DNA from: Squalus acanthias | Taxonomy: Eukaryota | Length of the DNA stretch: 64,000 nt | Direction of reading: 5' to 3' | Assembly (NCBI GenBank): GCA_030390025.1 | Contig: JASTWF010000035.1 | Location: 3,410,001 to 3,474,000, forward strand | Part shown: positions 33,183-45,940 of the stretch, piece by piece | Layout: the number at the start of each line of letters is the position of its first letter | How positions within the stretch are numbered: position 1 is the stretch's first letter | Translations under genes and position numbers: made by a program | The notes under the pieces: model-generated | Database searches by the model: none | Seen by the model: the letters and a program-made list of their open reading frames with translations, nothing else | What the model was told of the DNA's origin: nothing

Positions 33183-34696
33183 TCATAGAATCATAGAAAG
33201 TTACAGCACAGAAGGAGGCCATTTCGGCCTATTGTGTCCGTGCCAGCCAACAAAGAGCTATCCAGCCAAATCCCACTTCCCAGATCTTGGTCCATAGCCC
33301 TGCAGGTTACAGCATCCCAAGTGCACATCCTAGTACTTTTTAAATGTGGTTAGGGTTTTTGCCACTACCACCCTGTCAGGCAATGAGTTCCAGCCCCCAC
33401 AACCCTCTGGGTGAAGAAATTTCCCCTCAAAACCTTCCACCAATTACTTTAAATCTTTGCCCCTTGGTTTTTGATCCCTCTGCTAAGGGAAATAGGTCCT
33501 TTCTATCCACTTTATCTAGGCCCCTCATAATTTTATACACCTCAATAAGGTCTCCCCTCAGCCTCCTCTGTTCCAAGGAAAACAAACCCAGCCTATCCAG
33601 TCTTTCCTCATAGCTAAGATTCTCTACTCCCGGCAACATCCTTGTAAATCTCCTCTGTACTCTCTCTAGTGCAATCGCATCTTTCCTGTAATGTGGTGAC
33701 CAGAACTGCACACAGTACTCTAGCTGAGGCCTAACTAGTGTTTTATACAGTTGAAGCATAACCCCCCTGGCTCTTGTATTCTATGCCACGGTTAATAAAG
33801 GCAAGCATTCCGTATGCCTTCTTAACCACCTTCTCTACCTGGCCTGCTACCTTCAGGGATCTGTGGACATGCACTCCAAGGTCCCTTTGTTCCTCTACAC
33901 TACTCAGTGTCCTACCATTTAATGTGTGTTCCCTTTCCTTGTTAGCCCTCCCCAAATGCATGACCTCACACTTCTCCGGATTGAATTCCATTTGCCACTG
34001 TTCTGCCCACCTGACCAATTTATTGATATCTTCCTGCAGTCTACAGCTTCCTAATTCAGCATCAACCACACAGCCGATTTTAATATCATCTGCAAACTTC
34101 TTAATCATACCCCCTATATTCAAGTCTAGATCATTGATATATACCACAAAAAGCAAGGGACCGAGTATTGAGCCCTGCGGAACCCCACTGGAAACAGCCT
34201 TCCAGTCACAAAAGCACCCATCAACAATTACCCTCTGCTTCTTGCCTCCGAACCAGTTTTGAATCCAACTTGACACTTTGCCCTGGATCCCATGGGTTTT
34301 TAACTTCGTGACCAGTCTGCCATGTGGAACCTTATCAAAAGCCTTGCTAAAGTCCAGATACACTACATCAAACGCACTACCCTCCTTGTTACCTCCTCAA
34401 AAAATTCAATCAAGTTTGTCAGACACGACCTTCCCTTAACAAATCCGTGCTGACTATCCTTGAGTAATCTGTGTCTTTCTAAATGAAGATTTATCCTGTC
34501 CTTCAGAATTTTTTCCAACAATTTTCACACCACCGAGGTTAGGCTGACAGGCCTGTAATTACTCGGCCTATACTTTTCTCCATTTTTAAAACAAGGGTAC
34601 CACATTAGCAGTCCTCCGGCACCACACCTGAAGCCAGAGAGGATTGGAAAAAGATTGGTCAGGGCCTCTGCTATTTCCTCTTTTGCTTCGCTTAAC
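33183..34696 (-). mobile_element. CR1 (HER1-type) 3' 1.5 kb
   Basis: Tail ATCATAGAATCATAGAA; ORFs 33427-33759 and 33743-34363. Confidence 0.93.
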
Positions 34697-36273
34697 ATAA
34701 CATAAGAAATAGGAGCAGGAGTAGGCCATTGGGCCCTTCGAGCCTGCTCCGCCATTCAATGAGATCATGGCTGATCTTCTGCCTCAACTCCATTCACCGG
34801 CCCTATCGCCATATCCCTTGATGCCCTTACTAGTCAGAAATCTATCGACTTCTGTTTTGAATATACCCAATGACTGAGCCTCCACAGCTCTCTGGGGTAG
34901 AGAATTCCAAATATTCACCACCATCTGTGTGAAGAAATTTCTTCTCATCTCAGTCCTGAATGGCCTACCCTTTATCCTGAGGCTGTGGCCCCTGGTTCTA
35001 GACTCCCCAGCCAAGGGAAACATTCTCCCAGCATCCACCCTATCAAGCCCTGTAATAATTTTGTATGCTTCAATGAGATCCCCTCTCATTCTTCTGAATT
35101 CAAGAGAATACAGGCCTAGTTTACTCAATCTCTTCTCATACGACAGTCCCGCCATCCCAGGAATCAATCTCGTGAACCTTTGTTGCACTCCCTCTATCGC
35201 AAGTATATCCTTCATTAGGTAAGGAGACCAAAATTATACACAGTACTCCAGGTGTGGTCTCACCAAGGCCCTATATAATTGGAGTAAGACTTCTTTACTC
35301 CTGTACTCAAATCCTCTTGTAATGAAGGCCAGCATACCATTTGCCTTCCTAATGGCTTGCTGCACCTGCACATTCACTTTCAGTGACTCATGTGCAAGGA
35401 CACCCAGGACCCTTTGAGCATCTGCATTCCCCAATCTTTCACTATTTAGGAAATACTCTGCCTTTCTGTTTTTTCTACTAAAGTAGATAACTTCACATTT
35501 ATCCACATTATATTCCACCTGCCATGTTCTCGCCCACTCACCTGAGCCTGTCGAAATCCCCTTGAAGCCTCTTCACAACTGACACTGCCACCTAGCTTTG
35601 TATCATCAGCAAATTTGGAAATGTTACATTGATATAGATTGTGATTAGCTGGGGCCCAAGCACCGATCCTTGCGGTACCCCACTAGTCACAGCCTGCCAT
35701 CCTGAAAAAGACCCGTTTATCCCTACTCTTTGTTTTCTGTCTGTTAACCAATTCTCAATCCATGCTAGTATATTACCCCCAATTCCATGTGCCCTAATTT
35801 TGTTCACCAACCTCTTGTGTGGGACCTTATCGAAGGCCTTCTGAAAATCCAGATACACCACATCTACCGGTTCCCCTTTGTCTACTCCACTAGTTACATC
35901 CTCAAAGAACTCCAATAGCTTTGTTAAACAGGATTTCCCTTTCATAAATCCATGTTGACTCTGCCCAATCTTACTATTAGTTTCTAAGTGCCCAGTTATT
36001 GCATCCTTTATAATAGATTCCAGCATTTTCCCAACTACTGATGTGAGGCTAACAGGTCTGTAGTTCCCCGTTTTCTCTCTCACTCCTTTCTTAAATCGCA
36101 GGGTTACATTTGCTATCTTCCAATCTGCAGGAACCGTTCCAGAATCTATAGAATTTTGGAAGATGACAACCAATGCGTCCACTATCCCAATGGCCACCTC
36201 TTTCAAAACCCTAGGATGTAAGTCAGCCGGTCCTTGGGATTTATCGACTTTTAGTCTCATTAATTTTGCTAGT
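34697..36273 (-). mobile_element. CR1 3' 1.6 kb (same subfamily as 20428, 39090 and 47381)
   Basis: Diagnostic [15 protein letters not shown]; tail at 34697. Confidence 0.93.
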
Positions 36274-36280
36274 TAGGTAA

Positions 36281-37255
36281 CCTTTCTTAGGTAAGGAGAC
36301 CAAAACTGCACATACTACTCCAGGTGTGGTCTCACCAAGGCCTTGTATAACTGTAGTAAGACATCCTTGCTCCTGTATTCAAATCCTCTTGCAATAAAGG
36401 CCAACATACCACTTGCCTTCCTAACTGCTTGCTGCACCTGCATGTTTGCTTTCAGTGACTGGTGTACAAGGACACCCAGGTCCCTTTGTACATCAACATT
36501 TCCCAATCTATCACCATTTAAATAATACTCTGCCTTTCTGTTTTTCCTACTGAAGTGGATAATTTCACATTTATCCACGTTATACTGCATCTGCCATGTA
36601 TTTGCTCACTTGCTCAACTTGTCTAAATCGCCTTGAAGCCTCTTTGCATCCTCCTCACAATTCACAATCCCACCTAGTTTTGTGTCATCAGCAAACCTGG
36701 AAACATTACATTTGGTTCCCTCATCCAAATCATTGATATATATTGTGAATAGCTGGGGCCCAAGCACTGATCCCTGTGGTACCCCACTAGTCACCGCCTG
36801 CCACCCTGAAAAAGACCCATTTATTCCTACTCTCTGTTTCCTGTCTGTTAACCAATTTTCAATCCATGCCAGTATATTACCCCCAATCCCATGCGCTTTG
36901 ATTTTGCACACTAACCTCTTTATGTGGGACTTTATCAAAGGCCTTCTGAAAATCCAAATACACCACATCCACTGGTTCTCCCTTATCTATTCTACCAGTT
37001 ACATCCTCAAAAAATTCCAGTAGGTTTGTCAAACACGGTTTCCCTTTCATAAATCCATGTTGACTTTGTCTAATCCCGTTGATATTTTCTAAGTGTCCTG
37101 TTATCACATCCTTTATAATAGACTCTAGCATTTTCTCTACTACTGATGTTAGGTTAACCGGTCTGTATTTCCCTGTTTTCTCTCTTCCTCCTTTTTTAAA
37201 TAGTGGGGTTACATTTGCCACCCTCCAATCTGCAGGAACGGTTCCATAATCTATA
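36281..37255 (-). mobile_element. CR1 RT fragment whose continuation lies inverted at 40461-40968
   Basis: Minus strand ends ..CCTTACCTAAGAAAGG; the plus strand at 40461 begins ATATACTTACCATAG. Confidence 0.88.
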
Positions 37256-38828
37256 GAAATATTTCTCGCATCCCCCTGTATCTCTTGCCCAAAACCTTAA
37301 ATCTGTGTTCCCTAGTCCTTGTACCATCAACTAGTGGGAACAGCCTTTCCCTGTCTAGCCTATCCACACCTGTCATAATCTTGTACACTTGTATCAAATT
37401 ACCCCTCAACCTCCTTTGCTCTAATGAAAACAAATCCAGCTTCTCCAACCTGTCCTTGTAGCTAAGATCCCCTCTCTCCGGAACCATTCTGGTAAATCTC
37501 CTCTGCACCCTCTCAAGGGCCTTCACATCCTTCCTAAAGTGTGGTGACCAGAACTGGACACAATACTCCAGTTGTGGCCTAACCTGCGCTTTATAAAGGT
37601 TCAGTATAACTTCTCTACTTTTGTACTCAATACCTCTATTTATGAAGCCCAAGATCCCATATGCTTTGCTAACCACTCTCTAAGTATGTCCTGCCACCTT
37701 CAGGGACCTGTGCACATTAACTCCCAGGTCCCTCTGTCCCTGCACACTCTTTAAAACTGTGCCATTAAGTGTATATTGTCTCTCCCTGATCCTTCTGCCA
37801 AAATGCATTACCTCACTTCTCTGTATTAAATTTGATCTGACACTTGTCTGCCCATTCTGCTAGCCTTTCTATGTCCTGCTGCCGTCGATTGGTATCATCC
37901 TCACTGTTTGCCATACCCCCAAGTTTGGTGTCATCGGCAAATTTAGAAATTCTACTCTGTATTCCAATATCCAGGTCATTTATAGCAGTGGCCCCAGCAC
38001 TGTCCCTTGGTGAACACCACTGTCTACCATCCTTCATTCTGAAAAACAACCATTTACCACAACTCACTGTTTTCTATCCTCAAGCCAATTCGTTATCCAA
38101 GCTGCCACAGACCCTCCTATTCCATGAGCCTCAATTTTGTTAACCAGCCTCCCTCTCCAATATCCTTTCAAGCCAGTTTGAAATTTCCCTCACCCTGGCA
38201 CCAGGTACGCAACATACCATGTGGGATTCTCGATCTTGCTTACAAAGGATGCTCTCTGTCCCCCGAATTATTGAATCCCCTACATTACGCTTCCTCTCAT
38301 CCTCCCCCTCCCCCCTTAGGACAGTCTCCTGCCCCAAAGTGCCATGGTCCGCATTCTGGCTGTCCTTCCGACAGTCTTTATCCTTATTCTCACAGGTAGC
38401 AAGTATATTGTACCTGTTGGATAGGATCAGTTTCTGTGGATCCTCATTCCCTTTCTTAACTGGGTTCCCCTTACTCTGCACACTATTGTTCTCACCAGCC
38501 CCATTCTGAACCTTCATCTCTCTATGAGGTGTGACCGAAGTCTGGAGCAAAGTGTCCAGATACTCCTCCCCCTCCCTTATGTGTTGGAGTGTCTCCAACT
38601 CGCACTCCAGCTCAATGACTCTGAGCCAGAGAGATTCAACACGGAGACATCTACTGCAGACGTGTTCGCTTGGGATATTCTCACTGTCCACAAACTCCCA
38701 CATACTGCAATCCAGACACACAACCTGCTCTGCCATATCTTAGTCTAAACTTGTTTTATTTATTTAATTAGTTAAGGTCGTTATTCAACGATTATTTATA
38801 GTTATAATAATTAGTTATTCTAGTTAAG
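37256..38828 (-). mobile_element. Internally deleted CR1: 5'UTR and ORF1 N-terminal half joined directly to RT and C-terminal sequence
   Basis: ORF 38140-38736 (MAEQVVCLDCSMW..HVCSRC..VIELECELETL..VGDSIIRG); RT fragments below about 38148. Confidence 0.85.
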
Positions 38829-39088
38829 TTCATAGAATCATAGAAAGTTACAGCTCAGAAGGAGGCCATTTCGGCCCATCGTGTCCGCGCCGGCCAACAA
38901 AGAACTATCCAGCCTAATCACCTGCGAACTCATTTTTAATGTGGAAGCAAGTCATCCTCGGTTCCGAGGGACTGCCTAAGAAGAAGATGATCCAGCCTAA
39001 TCCCACTTCCCAGCTCTTGGTCCGTAGCCCTGCAGGTTAGAGCATCCCAAGTGCACATCCAAGTACTTTTTAAATGTGGTTAGGGTTC
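38829..39088 (-). mobile_element. CR1 (HER1-type) 3' tail fragment
   Basis: Closely matches 33183-33360. Confidence 0.9.
38920..38989 (+). mobile_element. 70-bp RTE LINE 3' end
   Basis: Nearly identical to about 46947-47014; 13-bp TSD ATCCAGCCTAATC (38907-38919, 38990-39002). Confidence 0.92.
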
Positions 39089-39089
39089 C

Positions 39090-40456
39090 TGGCAGCGAAA
39101 TTAAATAAATACTTTGTTTCTGTCTTCACGGAGGAATGAGAAAACCAAGGGTGTGACGAGAATGAGGAACTTAAAGAAATTACTATTAGTAAAAAAAAAA
39201 CAGTACTAGCAATATTAATGGGACTAAAAGTCGATAAATCCCAAGGACCGGATGACCTACATCCTAGGGTTTTGAAAGAGGTGGCTTTTGGGATAGTGGA
39301 CGCATTGGTTGTCATCTTCCAAAATTCTATAGATTCTAGATCGGTTCCTGCAGATTGGAGGATAGCAAATGTAACCCTGCTATTTAAGAAAGGAGGGAGA
39401 GAGAAAACGGGGAACTACAGACATGTTAGCCTCACATCGGTAGTTGGGAAAATGCTGGAATCTATTATAAAGGATGCAATAACTGGGCACTTAGAAACTA
39501 ATAGTAAGATTGGGCAGAGTCAACATGGATTTATGAAAGGGAAATCCTGTTTGACAAACCTATTGGAGTTCTTTGAGGATGTATCTAGTGGAGTAGACAA
39601 AGGGGAACCGGTAGATGTGGTGTATCTGGATTTTCAGAAGGCCTTCGATAAGGTCCCACACAAGAGGTTGGTGAACAAAATTAGGGCACATGGAATTGGG
39701 GGTAATATACTAGCATGGATTGAGAATTGGTTAACAGACAGAAAACAAAGAGTAGGGATAAACGGGTCTTTTTCAGGATGGCAGGCTGTGACTAGTGGGG
39801 TACCGCAAGGATCGGTGCTTGGGCCCCAGCTAATCACAATCTATATCAATGTAACATTTCCAAATTTGCTGATGATACAAAGCTAGGTGGCAGTGTCAGT
39901 TGCGAAGAGGATGTGAAGAGGCTTCAAGGGGATCTCGACAAGCTCAGTGAGTGGGCGAGAATATGGCAGATAGAATATAATGTGGATAAATGTGAAGTTA
40001 TCCACTTTGGTAGAATAAACAGAAAGGCAGAGTATTTCCTAAATAGTGAAAGATTGGGGAATGCAGATGCTCAAAGGGACCTGGGTGTCCTTGTACATGA
40101 GTCACTGAAAGTGAATGTGCAGGTGCAGCAAGCCATTAGGAAGGCAAATGGTATGCTGGCCTTCATTACAAGAGGATTTGAGTACAGGAGTAAAGAAGTC
40201 TTACTCCAGTTATATAGGGCCTTGGTGAGACCACACCTGGAGTACTGTGTACAATTTTGGTCTCCTTGTGGAGGCTCAGTCATTGGGTATATTCAAAACA
40301 GAAGTCGATAGATTTCTGACTAGTAAGAGCATCAAGGGATATGGCGATAGGGCCGGTGAATGGAGTTGAGGCAGAAGATCAGCCATGATCTCCTTGAATG
40401 GCGGGGCAGGCTCGAAGGGCCGAATGGTCGACTCCTGCTCCTATTTCTTATGTTCT
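39090..40456 (+). mobile_element. CR1 3' fragment with internal deletion
   Basis: ORFs 39218-39886 and 39913-40311; jumps from FWSP to the 3' end at about 40267. Confidence 0.93.
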
Positions 40457-40460
40457 GATG

Positions 40461-40968
40461 ATATACTTACCATAGATGGAGTGCAGCAAAGGTTCACCAG
40501 ACTGATTCCTGGGATGGCAGGACTGTCGTATGAGGAGAGATTGGGTCGACTAGGCCTTTATTCACTAGAGTTTAGAAGAATGAGAGGTAATCTCATTGAA
40601 ACGTATAAAATTCTGACAGGGCTAGACAGACTGGATGCAGGGAGGATGTTTCCCCTGGCTGGGGGGTCTAGAACGAGGGCTCACGGTCCGATACAGGATA
40701 GGACATTTAGGACTGAGATGAGAAGAAATTTCTGCACTCAGAGGGTGGTGAACCTGTGGAATTCTCTGCCACAGAAGGTTGTGGAGGCCAAGACACTGAA
40801 TATATTTAAGAAGGAGATAGATAGATTTCTAGACACAAAAGACATCAAGGGGTATGAGGAGAGAGCGGGAATATGGTATTGAGATAGAGGATCAGCCATG
40901 ATCATAGTGAATGGCGGAGCAGGCTCCAAGGGCCTACTCCTGCTCCTATTTTTCTATGTTTCTATGTT
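40461..40968 (+). mobile_element. CR1 3' end
   Basis: ORF2 C-terminus and TTCTATGTTTCTATGTT tail. Confidence 0.92.
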
Positions 40969-40969
40969 T

Positions 40970-41600
40970 AAGGTGGTCGATGGGGTGCCAATCAAGCGGG
41001 TTTCTTGAGTGTTGTTCCAGCTGCACTCATCCAGGCAAGTGGAGAGTATTTCATCACACTCTTGACTTGTGCCTTGTAGATGGTAGAAAAGGTTTGGGGA
41101 GTGAGGAGATGAAGTCAGCACGGGTGCGTTTTCTTTTTCAATTTAACAGCCTCTGACCTGCTCTTGCAGCCACAGTATTTATGTGGCTGGTGTTTAGACT
41201 TTCTCTTGTTGGAGATGGTCATTGCTTGGCACTTGTGTGGCACGAATGTTACTTGCCACTTATCAGCCTGAGCCTGAATGTTGTCCCAGTCTTGCTGCAT
41301 GCAGGCACGGGCCATGCTCCAGGGGTCCCGCGCAGCCGGTGACCCGCTCTTAAATTGAAAAAAAAAATGCGCCTGCACTAACTTTTGAATGGGCCGCGTG
41401 GCCTGGGGCTGAGATGATTGGCTTCCAATAACCAAAACCATTTTCCTTTGAGCTCGGTATGACTCCAGCCAGTGGAGTTTTCCCCTGATTCCCATTGACG
41501 TCAATTTTACTAGGGCTCCTTGATGCCACATTCAGTCAAATGCTGCCTTGATGCCAAGGACACTCATTCTCACCTCACCTCCAGAATTCAGCTCTTTGTC
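40970..41600 (-). mobile_element. Rearranged fragments of an L2/Crack-like LINE
   Basis: Reverse complement matches 57285-57620; also FDVWHQG-like and WQVTF.PHKCQAM motifs. Confidence 0.75.
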
Positions 41601-43455
41601 CATAAGAACATAAGAAATAAGAGCAGAAGTATGTAATATGGCCCTCGAGCCTGCTCTGCCATTCAATAAGATCATGGCTGATCATCGACCTCAAGTCCAC
41701 TTTCCCACCCAATCTCCATATCCCTTGATTCCCCTGGAGTCCAAAAATCTATCGATCTCAGCCTTGAATGTACTCAAAGACTCAGCATGCACAGACCTCT
41801 GGGGCTGAGAATTCCAAAAATTCACAACCCTCTGCGTGAAGAAATTCCTCCTCATCTCAGTCTTAAATGGCTTACCCCTTATCCTGAGACTATGCCCCCT
41901 AGTTCTAGACACTCCAGCCAGGGGAAACAACCTCTCAGCATCTACCCTGTCAATCCCCCTCAAAATCTTGTATGTTTCAATGAGATCACCTCTCATTCTT
42001 CTAAACCCCAGAGAGTATAGGCCCATTCTACACAATCTCTCATCACAGGACAGCCCTCTCATCCCAGGAATCAATCTGGTGAACCTTCGTTGCACCGCCT
42101 CCAAGGCAAGTATATCCTTCCTTAGATAAGGAGACCAAAACTGTGCACAGTACTCCAGGTGTGGTCTCACCAAGGCCCTGTACAATTGTTGCAATACTTC
42201 CTTTCTCCTATACTCCAAACCCCTTGCAATAAAGGCCAACATGCCATTTCCTTCCTTATTGCTTGCTGTACCAGCATGCTAGCTTTCTGTGTTTCTTGCA
42301 CGAGGACACCCAAATCTCTCTGAACACCAACATTTGAAAGTTGGTCACCATTTAAAAAATATTCTGTTTTTCTATTAATAACATAAGAAATAGGAGCAGG
42401 AATAGGCCACTTGGCCCCTCGAGCCTGCTCCGCCATTCAATAAGATCATGTCTGATCTTGGGCTCAAAGCCACTTCCCCGCCCGCTCCCCATAACCCTTC
42501 ACTCCCTTATCTTGCAAAAATTTGTCTATCTCTACCTTAAATGTATTTAATGACCCAGCCTCCACAGCTCTCTGGGGCAGAGAATTCCACAGATTTACGA
42601 CCCTCAGAGAAGAAATTCCTCCTCATCTCAGTTCTAAAAGGGCAACGCTTTATTCTAAAACTGTGCCCCCGCGTTCTAGATTTCCCCACGAGGGGAAACA
42701 TCCTCTCTGCATCTACTTTGTTGAGCCCCCTCAGTATCTTTTATGTTTCAATGAGATCACCTCTCATTCTTCTAAATTCCAATGAGTATAGGCCCAGCCT
42801 GCTCCACCTTTCCTCATAAGTCAACCCCCTCATCTCTGGAATTAACCTAGTGAATCGTCTCTGAACTGCCTCCAATGCAAGTATATCCTTCCTTAAATAA
42901 AGAGACCAAAACTGTACGCAGTACTCCAGGTGTGGTCTCACCAATACCCTGTACAGTTGTAGCAGGACTTCCCTGCTTTTATACTCCAACCCCTGTGAAA
43001 TAAAGGCCAACATTCCATTTGCCTTTTTGATTACTTGCTGTACCTGCATGCTAACTTTTTGTGTTTCATGCACAAGGACCCCCAGGTCCCTCTAAACTGT
43101 AGCATTTTGTAATCTCGCTCCATTGAAATAATAATTAGCTTTTTTATTTTTCCTGCCAAAGTGTCTCACCTCGCACTTTCCCACATTATACTCCATCTGC
43201 CAAATGTTTGCCCACTCACTTAGCCTGTCAACATCCCTTTGCAGGTTCTTTGTGTCCTCCACACAATTTGCTTTCCCACCCATCTTTGTACCATCCGCAA
43301 ACTTGGCTACATTACACATGGTCCCTTCATCCAAGTCATTAATGTAGATTGTAAATAGTTGAGGCCCCAGCACCGATCCCTGTGGCACCCCACTAGTTAC
43401 TGTTTGCCAACGGAAAATGACCGATTCATCCCGACTCTCTGCTTTCTGTTAGTTA

Positions 43456-43815
43456 TGATGCGGAGATGCCGGTGTTGGACTGGGGTGGACAAAATTGAGA
43501 GGTCGCACAACACCAGGTTGTAGTCCAACAGTTTTATTTGAAATCACAAGCTTTCGGAGCTATCGATCTTTGATGTGGTACCTTCCTGGCTGACCTGATT
43601 AACTTTATCACACCTCGGCAGATAGTCAGGATGATTTAATTTAGTTGTCTGCAATTGTAAGGTACACATGCATTGTTCTCTATCTATATATGCTTTGTCG
43701 AGTCTGTATTTCTTTACTACTTCACCTGAGGAAGGGGCGATCGATAGCTCCGAAAGCTTGTGATTTCAAATAAAACTGTTGGACTATAACCTGGTGTTGT
43801 GCGACCTCTCAATTT
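43456..43815. mobile_element. Penelope-like pLTR insertion with inverted terminal duplication
   Basis: 13-bp TSD TTTCTGTTAGTTA (43443-43455, 43816-43828); inverted arms of about 78 bp (43491-43568, 43739-43816). Confidence 0.85.
43722..43763 (+). ncRNA. Minimal type I hammerhead ribozyme motif
   Basis: TCAC-CTGAGGA-A-GGGGC-GATCGATA-GCTCC-GAAA-GC-TT-GTGA: stem I TCAC/GTGA, CUGANGA and GAAA core, stem II, palindromic stem III region AAGCTT. Confidence 0.75.
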
Positions 43816-44563
43816 TTTCTGTTAGTTAGCCAATCCTCTATCCATGCTAATATATTGCCCCCAATTCCATGAGCTCTTATCTTATGCAGTAACCTTTTAT
43901 GTGGCACCTTATTGAATGCCTTCTGGAAATCCAAATACATCACATCCACTGGTTCATCTTTGTCCACCCTGCTCATTACCTCCTCAAAGAACTCCAGCAA
44001 GTTTGTTAAACATGATTTCCCTTTCATAAAACCATGCTGACTCTGCTTGACTGCATTATGATTTTCCAAATGCCCTGCTACTGCTTCCTTAATGAAGAAC
44101 TCCAGCATTTTCCCAACAACAGATGTTAGGCTAACTGATCATCTTCCTACCAAAGTGAATAACTTCACATTTCCCAACATTATACTCCATCTGCCACCTT
44201 ACTGTCCACTCACTTAGTCTATCTATAACCCTTTGCAGACTCTTTGTGTTCTCCACACAGCTTACTGTCCCACCTAGCTTTGTATCATCAGCAAACTTGG
44301 ATACATTACACACGGTCCCTTCATCTAGGTCATTCATATAGATTGTAAATAGCTGAGGCCCCAACACTGATCCTTGCGGCACCCCACTAGTTACAGCCTG
44401 CCAACCTGAAATAGATCTGTTTTTCCCTACTCTCTGTTTTCTGTCCGTAAACAAATCCTCTATCCATGCGACTATATTACCCCCAACCCCATGAGTCCTT
44501 ATCTTGTGTAATAACCTTTTTGTGGCACCTTATCGAATGCCTTTTGGAAATCCAAATATACTA

Positions 44564-44975
44564 CAGGAAACTCTCGCTTAAATGGCACCTAAATATCCGG
44601 AATTCTCTATTAACCATCAAAATTCATGCTCCGAAAACAACACCTCAATTACCAGAAATGTTGCCGAGTCCGAGTCTTCCGCGGTGGCCGAGTTAGTCAG
44701 TGGGGGTAGTTCTCCAAACTGCCACTACTCGGCTTCTTGGCGCTGTTGGAAGTCCGAACACCTCAATAACAGGAGTCTGACTCTCCCGCGCTGCCGGTAG
44801 TATCTTTAACACAACATTCTGTAGGTGAGTACCCAATTATACTGCACATTTCTTGATTTTTTTATTTTTGCTTGTTAAAAATAGCCTCGGTAGATAACCC
44901 TCTCCGTCATCCGGAATTTTTAATCAACCGGCACCACCCCGGTCCCGTCGGTGCCGGATACCAAAGAGTTTCCTG
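44564..44975. mobile_element. Tc1/mariner-superfamily (pogo/Tigger-like) MITE, 412 bp
   Basis: TA|CAGGAAACTCT ... AGAGTTTCCTG|TA; TA duplication inside CR1; GGCACC matches at TIR positions 21-26. Confidence 0.9.
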
Positions 44976-45940
44976 TACATCCACTGGTTCCCCTTTATCT
45001 ACCCTGCTAGTTACATCCTCAAAAAACTCTAATAAATTTGTCAAACACGATTTCCCTTTCATAAAACCATGTTGACTCTGCCTAATCATGTTATGATTTT
45101 CTAAGTGCCCTGATACCACTTCCTTAACAATGGATTCCAGCATTTTCCCGACAACTGATGTCAGGCTAACTGGTCTGTAGTTCCCTGTTTTTTCTCTCCC
45201 TCCTTTCTTGAATAGCGGTGTTACATTTGCGACCGTTCTAGAATCTAGGGAATTTTGGAAGATCAAAACCAATACATCCATTATCTCTTGAGCCACCTCT
45301 TTTAGAACCCTAGGATGTAGGCTTTTAGTCCCATTAGTTTCTCTAGTAGTTTTTCTCTACTTATATTAATTACGTTAAGTTCCTCACCCTCATTAAACCC
45401 TTGGTTCCCCACCATTTTTGGCATGCTTTTTGTGTCTTCTACTGTAAAGATAGATACAAAATATTCGTTTAACATTTCTGCCATTTCCTTATTCCCCATA
45501 ATAATTTCTCCTGTCTCAGCCTCTAAGGGACCAACGTTAACTTTTGCTAGTTTTCTCTCATATTCTATTTTTTCCCTTTTTAGCAATTTGTTGGTCAACG
45601 TTTGCTGGTTTCTCAAACTCTCCCAATCCTCCGGCTTATTACTATTCTCTGCAACATTATAAGCTTCTTCTTTCAATCTAATGCTATCCTTAACTTCTTT
45701 AGTTAGCCACGGTTGGATCACTTTTCCCATGGAATTTTTGTTTCTCAATGGAATGTATTTTTGTTGAGAATTATGAAATATTTCTTTAAATGCTCGCCAC
45801 TGCTTATCTACCGCCATACCTTTTGATCTTTAATTAGACTCTAGTTTCGGACTTAGGCAAGTCACTCTCAAAATTAACATCGAATTCATCATATTATGAT
45901 CATTCTGCCACAGAGGATCCTTTACTATGAGATTGCTAAT

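Larger units (their letters stand above)
42377..44140 (-). mobile_element. CR1 3' fragment nested in CR1
   Basis: Own tail at 42377; RT fragments 42741-44108. Confidence 0.9.

Noticed and set aside
41315..41402. Short GC/AT patch between LINE fragments, possibly a DNA transposon end
   Set aside because: No partner TIR or TSD found; cannot be classified.
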